From assembly GCA_938084885.1 (NCBI GenBank), contig CALKGG010000001.1:679-64678 (forward strand): a stretch of DNA of 64,000 nt, given 5' to 3'. Each line of letters starts with the position of its first letter. Position 1 is the first letter of the stretch. Below the pieces are notes generated by a model. The model was given only the letters and a program-made list of their open reading frames with translations, was not told where the DNA came from and did not search any database. Shown piece by piece: positions 54,503 to 62,188 of this stretch. The stretch is from an uncultured Acidimicrobiales bacterium. Its GTDB lineage: Bacteria; Actinomycetota; Acidimicrobiia; Acidimicrobiales; SHLQ01. The position numbers and the translations under genes are program-made.

Positions 54503-55306
54503 ATGACTGAAGATCTGTGTCTGTATAGCGTCGAAGATGGCGTTGCGACGCTGGCCTTCAACCGGCCCGATTCCATGAATGGAATGACCGGCAATATGGA
54601 GGTGGCGTACTTTGAACGGCTGCGTGAAGCCCAGCGCGATGACGATGTGCGAGTCATTGTTGTGACCGGAACTGGGCGAGCGTTCTGTGCCGGCGCAGAT
54701 CTTGCGAACCGGCCGGGGCCCGACGATCAGCCGCTGCCAAACACGATGTTGGCTCGCACTCTGCCGCTCGACATTCGAAAGCCGATGATTGCGGCGATCA
54801 ACGGGGCGTGCGCCGGCGTTGGTTTGGCGTATGCGTTGCAATGCGATCTGCGCTTCGCTGTGACGTCGGCGAAGTTCACGACCGCGTTTTCTCGACGCGG
54901 CCTTATTGGTGAGTATGGAATGGCATGGTTATTGCATGCGGTTGCTGGTCGTGAGGTTGCGCTCGATCTGTTGTTGTCCGCCCGTGTTGTGACGGGTGCC
55001 GAAGCCGCCGAGCTCGGACTTGTGTCGGCGGTGTTCGATGCGGATGATCTGATGGACCATGTTCGGTCCTATGCCGGTGATCTCGCGGCGAATGTGTCGC
55101 CTGCGTCGATGGCGACGATCAAATACCAGGTCAATACCGAACCGGCTATGACTGCTCACCAGGCGACCGAGCATGCCGAAGCGCTGATGCGTGAATCGCT
55201 CGTTGGGGCTGATGTGCGTGAGGGAGTGTCGAGCTTTTTGAAGAAGCGACCCGTCGACTTTGCGCCGTTGGGTGAGGGAACGAGCTTCGAGTGGATGGAT
55301 GCCTAG
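54503..55306 (+). CDS. Enoyl-CoA hydratase/isomerase (crotonase) family protein
   Basis: VATLAFNRPDSMNGMT...VIVVTGTGRAFCAGADL. Confidence 0.9.
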   Translation: MTEDLCLYSVEDGVATLAFNRPDSMNGMTGNMEVAYFERLREAQRDDDVRVIVVTGTGRAFCAGADLANRPGPDDQPLPNTMLARTLPLDIRKPMIAAINGACAGVGLAYALQCDLRFAVTSAKFTTAFSRRGLIGEYGMAWLLHAVAGREVALDLLLSARVVTGAEAAELGLVSAVFDADDLMDHVRSYAGDLAANVSPASMATIKYQVNTEPAMTAHQATEHAEALMRESLVGADVREGVSSFLKKRPVDFAPLGEGTSFEWMDA

Positions 55307-55420
55307 TCCGCGTTGGCGTCTGTGGGGTTGGTTGTCGACGCTTGGGGGACATGGTGGCGCGGTGGCTGCGTGCAGCGGTGGCGGAGTGGCCGAATCTGTT
55401 TGGGCAGGTCTGGTCGACCC

Positions 55421-56830
55421 CTAGTCGGGGATTTCGGTGCCGTCTGGGCGGATGGTATGCCAGGAGCCGTCGGGGGTTCGGTAGATAGTGAACCCACGCT
55501 GTTTGTACCGGTTGTGTTTGCCGCAAAGCGGAGCCCCGTTGCCGGGGTTGGTTCTTCCGTCTCTCGAGTGTTCGAGCAGGTGGTCGGCCTGACAGTCGCT
55601 GCTTGGAATGGTGCAGCCCGGCCATACACACCGCGTGGCCTTTAGCTTGACGGCATGGCGGGCCATGCCGGTGAAGCACCGAGCTTTTCCTAAATCGACC
55701 TTTTCGCTTGCCGCGGTGACGACGACTCGGCGAATTTTCGACACGATGGCGTTGAGCATCATCTCGGTGGGTTCGAGCGGCGTGCCGTCGATTGTTTGAC
55801 AGATCATGGCATCGGGATCGATCCCATCAAAGAGCGTGGCCTCGGCGTCGTCGTTCCAGTCCGAAGACTCGCCGAAAGCAATGTCGTCGGCTGCGGAATT
55901 GCCGGTGACGTCGATGCCTGCGTCTTCGCCAAGCACCTTGGCCGCCAGCGTCTCGAATGTTGCCTGGTCCCACATGATGTTGTGGACGAAGTCTGCCGGG
56001 ACGGCACTGTTGGGGTTGGCTGCGGCGTCGATGAAGATCTGCCACAAGGCGTCGGCGCGGCGTTGTTGGACGGTGCGGGGCAGGTGTTGGCTGGTTGCCT
56101 CGTCGCCGTGCTCGGCGCGTGCTTTCTCCCAGTCGGCGAGTGTTTCGGCCTTCACGTATTTGTTGAATACTTCGGCGATTTGTAGGCCTTGCTGGCATGC
56201 GAAGGATGCAACCATGTGCCAGGCCATGTCGTAGTCCTGATCGATTCGGGCATTTCGATCTTCGTGCGCCTTCTGGTTGGGTGGGGTGGGGCCGTCTTCG
56301 TCGGTGAGACGCTTCCACTGCTGCAATCGCGTGTCGAAGGTGTCGAAGTCGGCCTTGGCCTCGTTCAGAATGGCTGTTTGGCGATGGGGCATGGCGTCGC
56401 GTACGCGGGCGTTGGCGTGCACAGCTGCGATGGCTCGGAAGTGGTCGGTGCCGAGCGTTCCTTCGCTGTAGGCGTCGGCGACGTCGGGAAGAGTGCGAGA
56501 CATGGCTGCGCTTCGTTGGCGGGCAAGTGCTTCGCTGTTCGACAGGCGGGCGTGATGGCGAACCATGGCCTTGGCGCTGGTGTGGCCGTCGGCGAGGTGG
56601 AATCGGAGGTTGTCGATCGCGTCGAGCAGGTCGACGCAGGCAGCATCACTGACTCGACGAACCTGCTCGAGTTCGGTGATGCAGGTGATGGCGTCGCGGC
56701 TGTTGGCTGGGGCCACCCCGGCCTGGCGCAGCGCAACGTGACCGGCGGCAATCATGTCGAGTGCCGCTGCCATCTCCGGGTTTGAAACCTGCGAGCTCAT
56801 ACGAACAAGTGTACGACTGCCCTGTGACAC
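55421..56830 (-). CDS. DUF222-type HNH endonuclease (actinobacterial 13E12-repeat-like family)
   Basis: C-terminal CVWPGCTIPSSDCQADHLLEHSRDGRTNPGNGAPLCGKHNRYK, an HNH motif. The long helical N-terminal domain is typical of DUF222. Confidence 0.85.
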   Translation of the reverse strand: MSQGSRTLVRMSSQVSNPEMAAALDMIAAGHVALRQAGVAPANSRDAITCITELEQVRRVSDAACVDLLDAIDNLRFHLADGHTSAKAMVRHHARLSNSEALARQRSAAMSRTLPDVADAYSEGTLGTDHFRAIAAVHANARVRDAMPHRQTAILNEAKADFDTFDTRLQQWKRLTDEDGPTPPNQKAHEDRNARIDQDYDMAWHMVASFACQQGLQIAEVFNKYVKAETLADWEKARAEHGDEATSQHLPRTVQQRRADALWQIFIDAAANPNSAVPADFVHNIMWDQATFETLAAKVLGEDAGIDVTGNSAADDIAFGESSDWNDDAEATLFDGIDPDAMICQTIDGTPLEPTEMMLNAIVSKIRRVVVTAASEKVDLGKARCFTGMARHAVKLKATRCVWPGCTIPSSDCQADHLLEHSRDGRTNPGNGAPLCGKHNRYKQRGFTIYRTPDGSWHTIRPDGTEIPD

Positions 56831-57143
56831 TCGAATTGAGAGGGCGTTCGGGGGAACGCAAAGGACTCGTCAACTCAAACCCAGCAAGACTCGACGCCAG
56901 GTCTGTTGGATTTTGAGTTTGTGCTCGCCGCAAACCGTGGCAAGCATCGTCAACGTTCTCGAGTCGTACGTGCCCACTGCGCTATCGGCCCTCCGCTCTG
57001 ACGCGTCCATCGCCGGTCCACTAGCTGGTCAATAACCATTCATACCGACCCCATGTCGTTGTGCCCGGAGGTTCCGTTGCGGCCTGAGTCTCGGGGCTGA
57101 CATTTCCTACCCGAGTGCCGAGCATCGATCGCTCACCGGTTGC

Positions 57144-57174
57144 GACTTGAACTCGGAACCTGCGGATTAAGACG
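57144..57174 (-). other. tRNA-Lys(CUU)-like internal fragment (anticodon loop through T-loop), not an intact tRNA
   Basis: The minus strand reads CGTCTTAATCCGCAGGTTCCGAGTTCAAGTC, i.e. loop TCTTAA + TCCGC + variable AGGTT + T-stem CCGAG + T-loop TTCAAGT. The complementary 3' T-stem and acceptor are absent, and the 5' half does not pair. Confidence 0.3.
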
Positions 57175-57496
57175 ATCGATCGGCTGTACCGTCGCGCACC
57201 GTACTATGGCAAGAAGTGTTGATTTGTCAATGCCAATCGTGCGATCTGGGTCGCTAGCCGTACAGTTCCATACCAGCGAATACCGCTCGATCACGGATCT
57301 CTCGTGACATCACCGTGATAGTGGTGTCGGACCTAATCCTGGTTGGATCTGGGCCCGATCAGGATTCGCAGCCCACTGCTCGAGACTGTGCCTGGTGGCA
57401 TGACGCGGCGGGATTTTGCGCCCGAGCGGCGCCCGGGCCACTAAGAACAGTTTCATGACGGGTGCTGCGGCCGTGGTCAGTGTGGGATAATTGGCT

Positions 57497-58123
57497 ATGG
57501 CCAACCCTGACCCGCCGGAGCGTTCGCTGCAAGACATTACGGTTTACGAAGGCTTGGAAGCGGTCCGCAAACGTCACGAGATGTACGTGGGACCTACGCC
57601 AGCGCTCACTGACTTCGTCTTTGATGCGATGTGCCTTGCGCTTGCTGAGGGGCACTGTGGGACGTGTAGCGAGATTGCGGTTCGAGTCGATGGCACGACG
57701 TTCTCTGTCCTCGATAATGGCCTGGGTCTCTCGCTCGAGGTCGGACGGTTTGGCCGACCGTTCGCCGAAGCAGCGATGACGGTCTTGCATGCATGCCGTG
57801 ACCACAAGGAGCACGAGAAGCTGAAGCATGAGTTCTGTGGGATTGGACTCGCAGTCGTAAACGCACTTTCGAAGACTGCATCGGTCATGAGTTCGAATGG
57901 TGAACGGAGCTTCAAACAGACCTACATAACGGGCACGCCCCAAGGCGAGTTCGAGCAGCTGCCAGAATCGCAGCCCAGCGGCACCGTTCTCGCGTTCGAA
58001 ATTGATGAGGCCTATCTTGACGACCCGATATTCGATGCGGCACGACTGCGATCTCGTATCGAGGAGGCCGACGCTGACTTCAGTCGAGTGAGTATCACGA
58101 TCGACGAGGGCGGGGAGGGTTAG
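57497..58123 (+). CDS. Stand-alone GyrB-like GHKL (Bergerat) ATPase domain, apparently catalytically degenerate
   Basis: Colinear with the GyrB N-terminal domain: ITVYEGLEAVRKRHEMYVG; DNGLGLS (compare DNGRGIP); CGIGLAVVNALS (compare GGLHGVGxSVVNALS). It ends where the transducer domain would begin. The ExxxN motif position reads FDAMCLALAEG. Confidence 0.7.
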   Translation: MANPDPPERSLQDITVYEGLEAVRKRHEMYVGPTPALTDFVFDAMCLALAEGHCGTCSEIAVRVDGTTFSVLDNGLGLSLEVGRFGRPFAEAAMTVLHACRDHKEHEKLKHEFCGIGLAVVNALSKTASVMSSNGERSFKQTYITGTPQGEFEQLPESQPSGTVLAFEIDEAYLDDPIFDAARLRSRIEEADADFSRVSITIDEGGEG

Positions 58124-58497
58124 TGGGGTATGAAGCTGCTGCACAGCAGCAGATATTGCGCCTCTTCGTCTTGTTCGAGTCGCACGTCGATGACTCGAAG
58201 CTCCATTCCTCGAGCGCCGCGATCATCGCCGACCGGGCGAAATGGAGCCAGGCGAAGGGTCAGTTCACGAAGGTCCGGCAACGTCTGCTCAAGGTCGAAC
58301 AGAAAGGGTTGGATAGACGCGCCAGCTACCACCTCTCCTTTTTGGAGGAGTCGCTGAAGACGGTGTTCAACGAGACCGGGTCGAATGCGCCATTCGATTC
58401 GATATCACCGTTTTTCGTGGTGCCACTTGCGCTTCAACTCGCGTCAGAGATCGGTCTACCTTTATCCGACGTTCAAGACGCGTGTGATTACTCCTGA
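58123..58497 (+). CDS. Hypothetical helical protein (124 aa), coupled to the GyrB-like gene
   Basis: The GTG start overlaps the upstream TAG by 1 nt. In-frame GC3 is high for the first two-thirds. No family recognised. Confidence 0.5.
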   Translation: MGYEAAAQQQILRLFVLFESHVDDSKLHSSSAAIIADRAKWSQAKGQFTKVRQRLLKVEQKGLDRRASYHLSFLEESLKTVFNETGSNAPFDSISPFFVVPLALQLASEIGLPLSDVQDACDYS

Positions 58498-58633
58498 GGG
58501 CCGCTCGAGCTGTGCGACCGTTCGACCGTATTACGCACCCAGGCATGATTTCCCGGTAGACATCCGGTGGTCGTGGAGCCGCCGAGGCACGGCGGCGGAC
58601 GAGAGTCGGTCAGCCTCAGGCTAGAACTTATGC

Positions 58634-59560
58634 ATGGACCGAGAGAGCAGATTTCACCCCCTTGATGACGCCGGAGTCGGTGAACAGAAACTGCGGCAGT
58701 CTTGGTTGTTAGCGCCTGTGTCCGTTGGCGCAGGAATGCTTGCTGGGTATCTCTTTCTAGAAGATGAGCCCCTTGGCGGCTTACTCCTTGAGGTCGGCGC
58801 CGGATTGGTTCTCTTCGCCGTTCTCTTCTATTTCGAGCGAAGGTTTATCGTCAGCTACCTGGATCGGGCAATCGAGTCGTTGTCGGCTCCGCTCGATCCA
58901 GAAGATGTTGACACTGAGCAGATGCCGGGTGATTTCCGAGGCGACTTCGGTCCTCTCTTTATTGCTCAGGTCGTCCTACACCTGTTAGCCGCTGGTGACT
59001 ACGAGAAGGCGTTTTCGAGATTCTCCCAGTCGCTTCAGCTCGCGCGAGCTCAAGCGTGGCTGTTCAACAATCAGGCAGAACTAGGAATTATCGATAGCAA
59101 CCGTGAGTCCTTCATTGATCGACTCGTTGAACCAGACGTTACTGACCCGCTATGGAAAGAGTTCTCATCGTCGGAGGCTGCGCAGTACAAAGATGCATTC
59201 TCGTGGTTGGACATAGACCGTCTGGGTTGGTCTCAGCGCAGACGAATTATTGGACCGGGACACGAAGTCGTCATTGCCTTCACGCTCCCTGCTGAAAGCC
59301 CACACGGCCTCGTGATAACGGCCCCGCGTGCGGTCGAAAATGCGATCAAGCTGATTCTCGAGGCGGTTCACGAGGGCGGGATACTGACGTATCGAGTTGC
59401 AGGTGTTCAGGCCGAGTGTCCACCCAGTCCGGGTTGGCCTCCCACGCTGTGGGTCGTCGATGAGCCCGTCGCACAAGCAGTTCACCCCGGAATCACTGCT
59501 GTACCGATTCATATCCCAGATGAGGAGATCGCTGATGTAACGCCGTTGAGTGACCCGTAG
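58634..59560 (+). CDS. Hypothetical membrane-anchored protein (308 aa, two N-terminal TM helices)
   Basis: WLLAPVSVGAGMLAGYLFL and GGLLLEVGAGLVLFAVLFYF hydrophobic segments, then a soluble domain of about 230 aa. No family recognised. Confidence 0.6.
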   Translation: MDRESRFHPLDDAGVGEQKLRQSWLLAPVSVGAGMLAGYLFLEDEPLGGLLLEVGAGLVLFAVLFYFERRFIVSYLDRAIESLSAPLDPEDVDTEQMPGDFRGDFGPLFIAQVVLHLLAAGDYEKAFSRFSQSLQLARAQAWLFNNQAELGIIDSNRESFIDRLVEPDVTDPLWKEFSSSEAAQYKDAFSWLDIDRLGWSQRRRIIGPGHEVVIAFTLPAESPHGLVITAPRAVENAIKLILEAVHEGGILTYRVAGVQAECPPSPGWPPTLWVVDEPVAQAVHPGITAVPIHIPDEEIADVTPLSDP

Positions 59561-59590
59561 CCGGCCACAGCTCAAATTCTTGCAAAGAAG

Positions 59591-60637
59591 TCATAGCGCT
59601 GGCCGGGAGGGTTGAGGTGTCTCTGGAAATACCGCGATGGTCGCAGCGAAATCGACGGCCGCCCTTCGCAGCTCCTCAGCCGTTGCCCGCAGCAAGATCG
59701 ACTCCGCCTTTCGCCCAGTAAGACTGAACTCATGGGAAAGTCCGACGGTTAGATGTACCCGGCCGTTGATCCGCTTTGCCTCCGTGAACTGGATGCATGG
59801 CTCGATCAGCCATGGGGGATCTGGCGCTTGAGCATCCGGATCCCCAAATTCCAACCAGCTCGCGAGTTCGAACAGCCAGTGACAGATGAGTGGCGGTGTG
59901 TCGCACGTGAGGGCTTGCCAACGAAAGTCCCAGGCCTCTCCTGCGAGCGTCGCTGACCCTTCGACCATGTACCACGAGTCTCGCTTTCGGATGTCCTCAG
60001 CATCTGGGAACTGGTAACCGGCAATGGCAAGGCGAAGAGAGTCGCCGTCGACGGTTCCGAGCTTGAGGCCGTCACCGCCTTGTGGTGACGGGTTTGGGGA
60101 CCACGTGAATGAGTCCTGCATCCTGAGAAGTCGGAAATCCCAGATCTCGTGTGCAGGCACTGCGGGGTATTCCTCGGCGAGGTAGGTATCGAGCTCGGGT
60201 TGATCGAACGGGCCGAGCGAGGTCTTGTAGTCGTCGAAACAGTCTTGAACGTCACGCCAGCCATCGAACCGCCTCGTGGTCAGGCACATGCCGCTTTCGG
60301 TGTGAACGATTGTGATTTCGGTGTTGACCACTCGAGTAATTTCTCCTTCGCCGATTCGCTGGGGGTACAAGATCTCGAATGATGCCCCGAGTGTCGCATG
60401 GGCCCGAGGGAGATCTGTCAAGAACCACAGCTCGACTTCGGCAGTGCCGTCCGAGATTGACTCGCAGGATTTGATAACCGCCATAAAGTTCAACGGCTCT
60501 GAGTCTTCGCCGTCCAGAGACTTGAATCGGTAGACCCAACTTCGATTCTCGGCTGTTAGCCCGTCAGCCAGCTTCGGGTTGTCGACGAGAACCGTAGGGT
60601 CGAGTCGAAGAACAGCCGTGGTTTTGTGGCCCGACAT
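59591..60637 (-). CDS. Hypothetical two-domain protein (348 aa); the C-terminal half resembles WapI-type immunity-protein repeats
   Basis: LRLAIAGYQFPDAEDIRKRDSWYMVEGSATLAGEAWDFRWQALTCDTPPLICHWLFELASWLE...IEPCIQF resembles, from memory, the L.I.GY.FP...D.NWL...W....L...E...L..WL pattern of that family. Start coupled (TGATG) to the upstream HTH gene. Confidence 0.6.
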   Translation of the reverse strand: MSGHKTTAVLRLDPTVLVDNPKLADGLTAENRSWVYRFKSLDGEDSEPLNFMAVIKSCESISDGTAEVELWFLTDLPRAHATLGASFEILYPQRIGEGEITRVVNTEITIVHTESGMCLTTRRFDGWRDVQDCFDDYKTSLGPFDQPELDTYLAEEYPAVPAHEIWDFRLLRMQDSFTWSPNPSPQGGDGLKLGTVDGDSLRLAIAGYQFPDAEDIRKRDSWYMVEGSATLAGEAWDFRWQALTCDTPPLICHWLFELASWLEFGDPDAQAPDPPWLIEPCIQFTEAKRINGRVHLTVGLSHEFSLTGRKAESILLRATAEELRRAAVDFAATIAVFPETPQPSRPAL

Positions 60638-61539
60638 CAGCGGCCGCTCGAATCGTGTTGTCCGGCCGCTCGGTTATGCAAGATGGCATCGGCGCGGCTT
60701 TCGGCGGCAGTGGCCATTGCGACGAACCCTTCCCGAATTGCCGGGTCGTCGAGGTCGAAGATCTCTTCCCACGGCGTATCGGGTCCCAATCGGAGAACTC
60801 CGTAAGGAGAGGAAGCGGGGAACTCCTCGCCGAGCAAACGGAAGATCTTCTCACCGAGGAGTGTCTTCGATGCATTGGAGAAGGCGCTGCGAGGTGCGTC
60901 CGCCGCAAGAATCTGAGCGATCGGGGCGCCGCGGTACTTTTCGACCAGTTCCTCGAGGTCGTCAAACAAGCCCTTGATTTGCTCACGTTCTTCGACAACC
61001 AAGTCCACGAGTGTGCTCTCGCGGAACTTCTTGAAGTTCTCCCAAGAAGCATCAGGCGAAAACCCGAGGCCCTTCTTGGCGGTGTCGGAGACGCGTTCGG
61101 CGAAGCTCCCCCAAGTGTCGTCGTTGTCGGCGAGTGTGTTCAGCCGGTGCTCAAGGTCTCGGATCTGCCAGTCTTGAAAGCCGATCGTCAGAGCCCACAA
61201 ATCTGTTACAGGTCCGCCGTAGCCCTCGAGAGTGTCGGGCAGGCCGTGGGCCAGCTTGGGTGGCATGAAGAACCAGATGATCGGCCATTTGAAACCGAGG
61301 GAAAACGCCAGGATCTCCTGTGCTGTGAAGACGCGGCGCCGGTCGGACTCAACCGAGCGTTCAATTGCCGAGATGCTGGCCTTCTTGAGTTTCTGACCGA
61401 GGTACGGCTCGAGTTCTGAGGCGGTCTCGTCTTGGGTCCAGCCGCGCCATTCCCGTGCAACTCGAAAGTTGTATGCGACCACTTGATTCGCATCGAGCGT
61501 CTGCTCGCCGTGCTCGGTCTCTGGCTTACGTCGTGGCAT
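60637..61539 (-). CDS. XRE-family helix-turn-helix protein with a C-terminal domain of about 220 aa of unknown function
   Basis: NFRVAREWRGWTQDETASELEPYLGQKLKKASISAIERS, an HTH_3/XRE signature. Confidence 0.7.
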   Translation of the reverse strand: MPRRKPETEHGEQTLDANQVVAYNFRVAREWRGWTQDETASELEPYLGQKLKKASISAIERSVESDRRRVFTAQEILAFSLGFKWPIIWFFMPPKLAHGLPDTLEGYGGPVTDLWALTIGFQDWQIRDLEHRLNTLADNDDTWGSFAERVSDTAKKGLGFSPDASWENFKKFRESTLVDLVVEEREQIKGLFDDLEELVEKYRGAPIAQILAADAPRSAFSNASKTLLGEKIFRLLGEEFPASSPYGVLRLGPDTPWEEIFDLDDPAIREGFVAMATAAESRADAILHNRAAGQHDSSGR

Positions 61540-61595
61540 TGAGTCAATCTACCAGATCGCAGACTTGGTTGACAAAGTATGCAATTTCACGCGGG

Positions 61596-61607
61596 TGTGA
61601 TTTCACA
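61596..61607. promoter_or_regulatory. Palindrome TGTGATTTCACA upstream of the XRE gene (candidate autoregulatory operator)
   Basis: TGTGA-TT-TCACA read directly. A second ATTTCAC heptamer lies at 61584-61590. A TAGATT -10-like hexamer (minus strand) lies 6 nt before the ATG, suggesting a near-leaderless transcript. Confidence 0.3.
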
Positions 61608-61628
61608 TACTACAACCGTGTCTACGCC

Positions 61629-62165
61629 ATGTGGCGACTCGCGGCGCTCACCGGAATGCGCCGAGCAGAAGTGGTTGGTATGAAGTGGGAGTACTACAAC
61701 GACGTCGCGCAAACTGTCCGAGTAATTGAAACAATCACGACCTCGAACGGCGTTCCTGAGAACGTTCCGCCAAAGTCGAAGCGATCACGACGAGTCATCG
61801 ACCTCGACGACGAGACCGCCGATGCCGTACGAGCCCATCGGCAAACACAGAATGAGCTGCGAGAGTTCGTCGGCGACGGGTGGCAGGAACACGGATACAT
61901 GTTCACCACGCCACTCGGAACACCGCACCACCCCGACAACATCAGCAAGACGTTCACCAAGCTCGTGAAACAGGTCGACATCACCCGCATCAGCCTCCAC
62001 GGGCTACGCCACACCCACGCAACCCAACTACTCGCCGCAGGCGTGAACCCACGGGTAGTCAGTGAACGACTCGGACATGCCGACGTCGCCTTCACCTTGC
62101 AGACTTACGGCCACGTACTCCCAGGCCAACAACGCGCAGCCGCCGATGCTGCGGCTGGTTGTTGA
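61629..62165 (+). pseudogene. Tyrosine recombinase/phage integrase, catalytic domain only (N-terminal core-binding domain missing)
   Basis: ALTGMRRAEV (Arg), HGLRHTHAT (HxxR) and LGHADVAFTLQTYGHV (His/Tyr) are all present. Homology begins at about 61600, directly abutting the promoter of the divergent XRE gene. The in-frame upstream extension overlaps that gene and looks non-coding. Confidence 0.75.
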
Positions 62166-62188
62166 TGTAGCTGATCTTGATTTAGCTG

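Noticed and set aside
56831-57496. Search for an intact tRNA, tmRNA or small CDS in the 660-nt gap
   Set aside because: No cloverleaf can be folded. The GTTC-type T-arm candidates lack complementary stems. Only the 31-nt Lys-like fragment and two short inverted repeats (ATCACGG-N17-CCGTGAT at about 57290-57320 and AATCCTG-N18-CAGGATT at about 57334-57365) were seen. The ORFs there are short and compositionally implausible.
57497-58123. Interpretation of the GyrB-like ORF as a simple gyrB pseudogene fragment
   Set aside because: The similarity is at distant-homologue level only, and the ORF is intact from a start codon to a stop placed exactly at the domain boundary. It is coupled to a downstream gene and lies in foreign-looking DNA. 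I cannot fully exclude the pseudogene reading without comparing it with the host gyrB.
58120-58332. 70-aa minus-strand ORF antisense to the 124-aa ORF
   Set aside because: The plus-strand frame has the better third-position G/C bias and a coupled start with the upstream gene. The minus-strand ORF has no RBS or partner.
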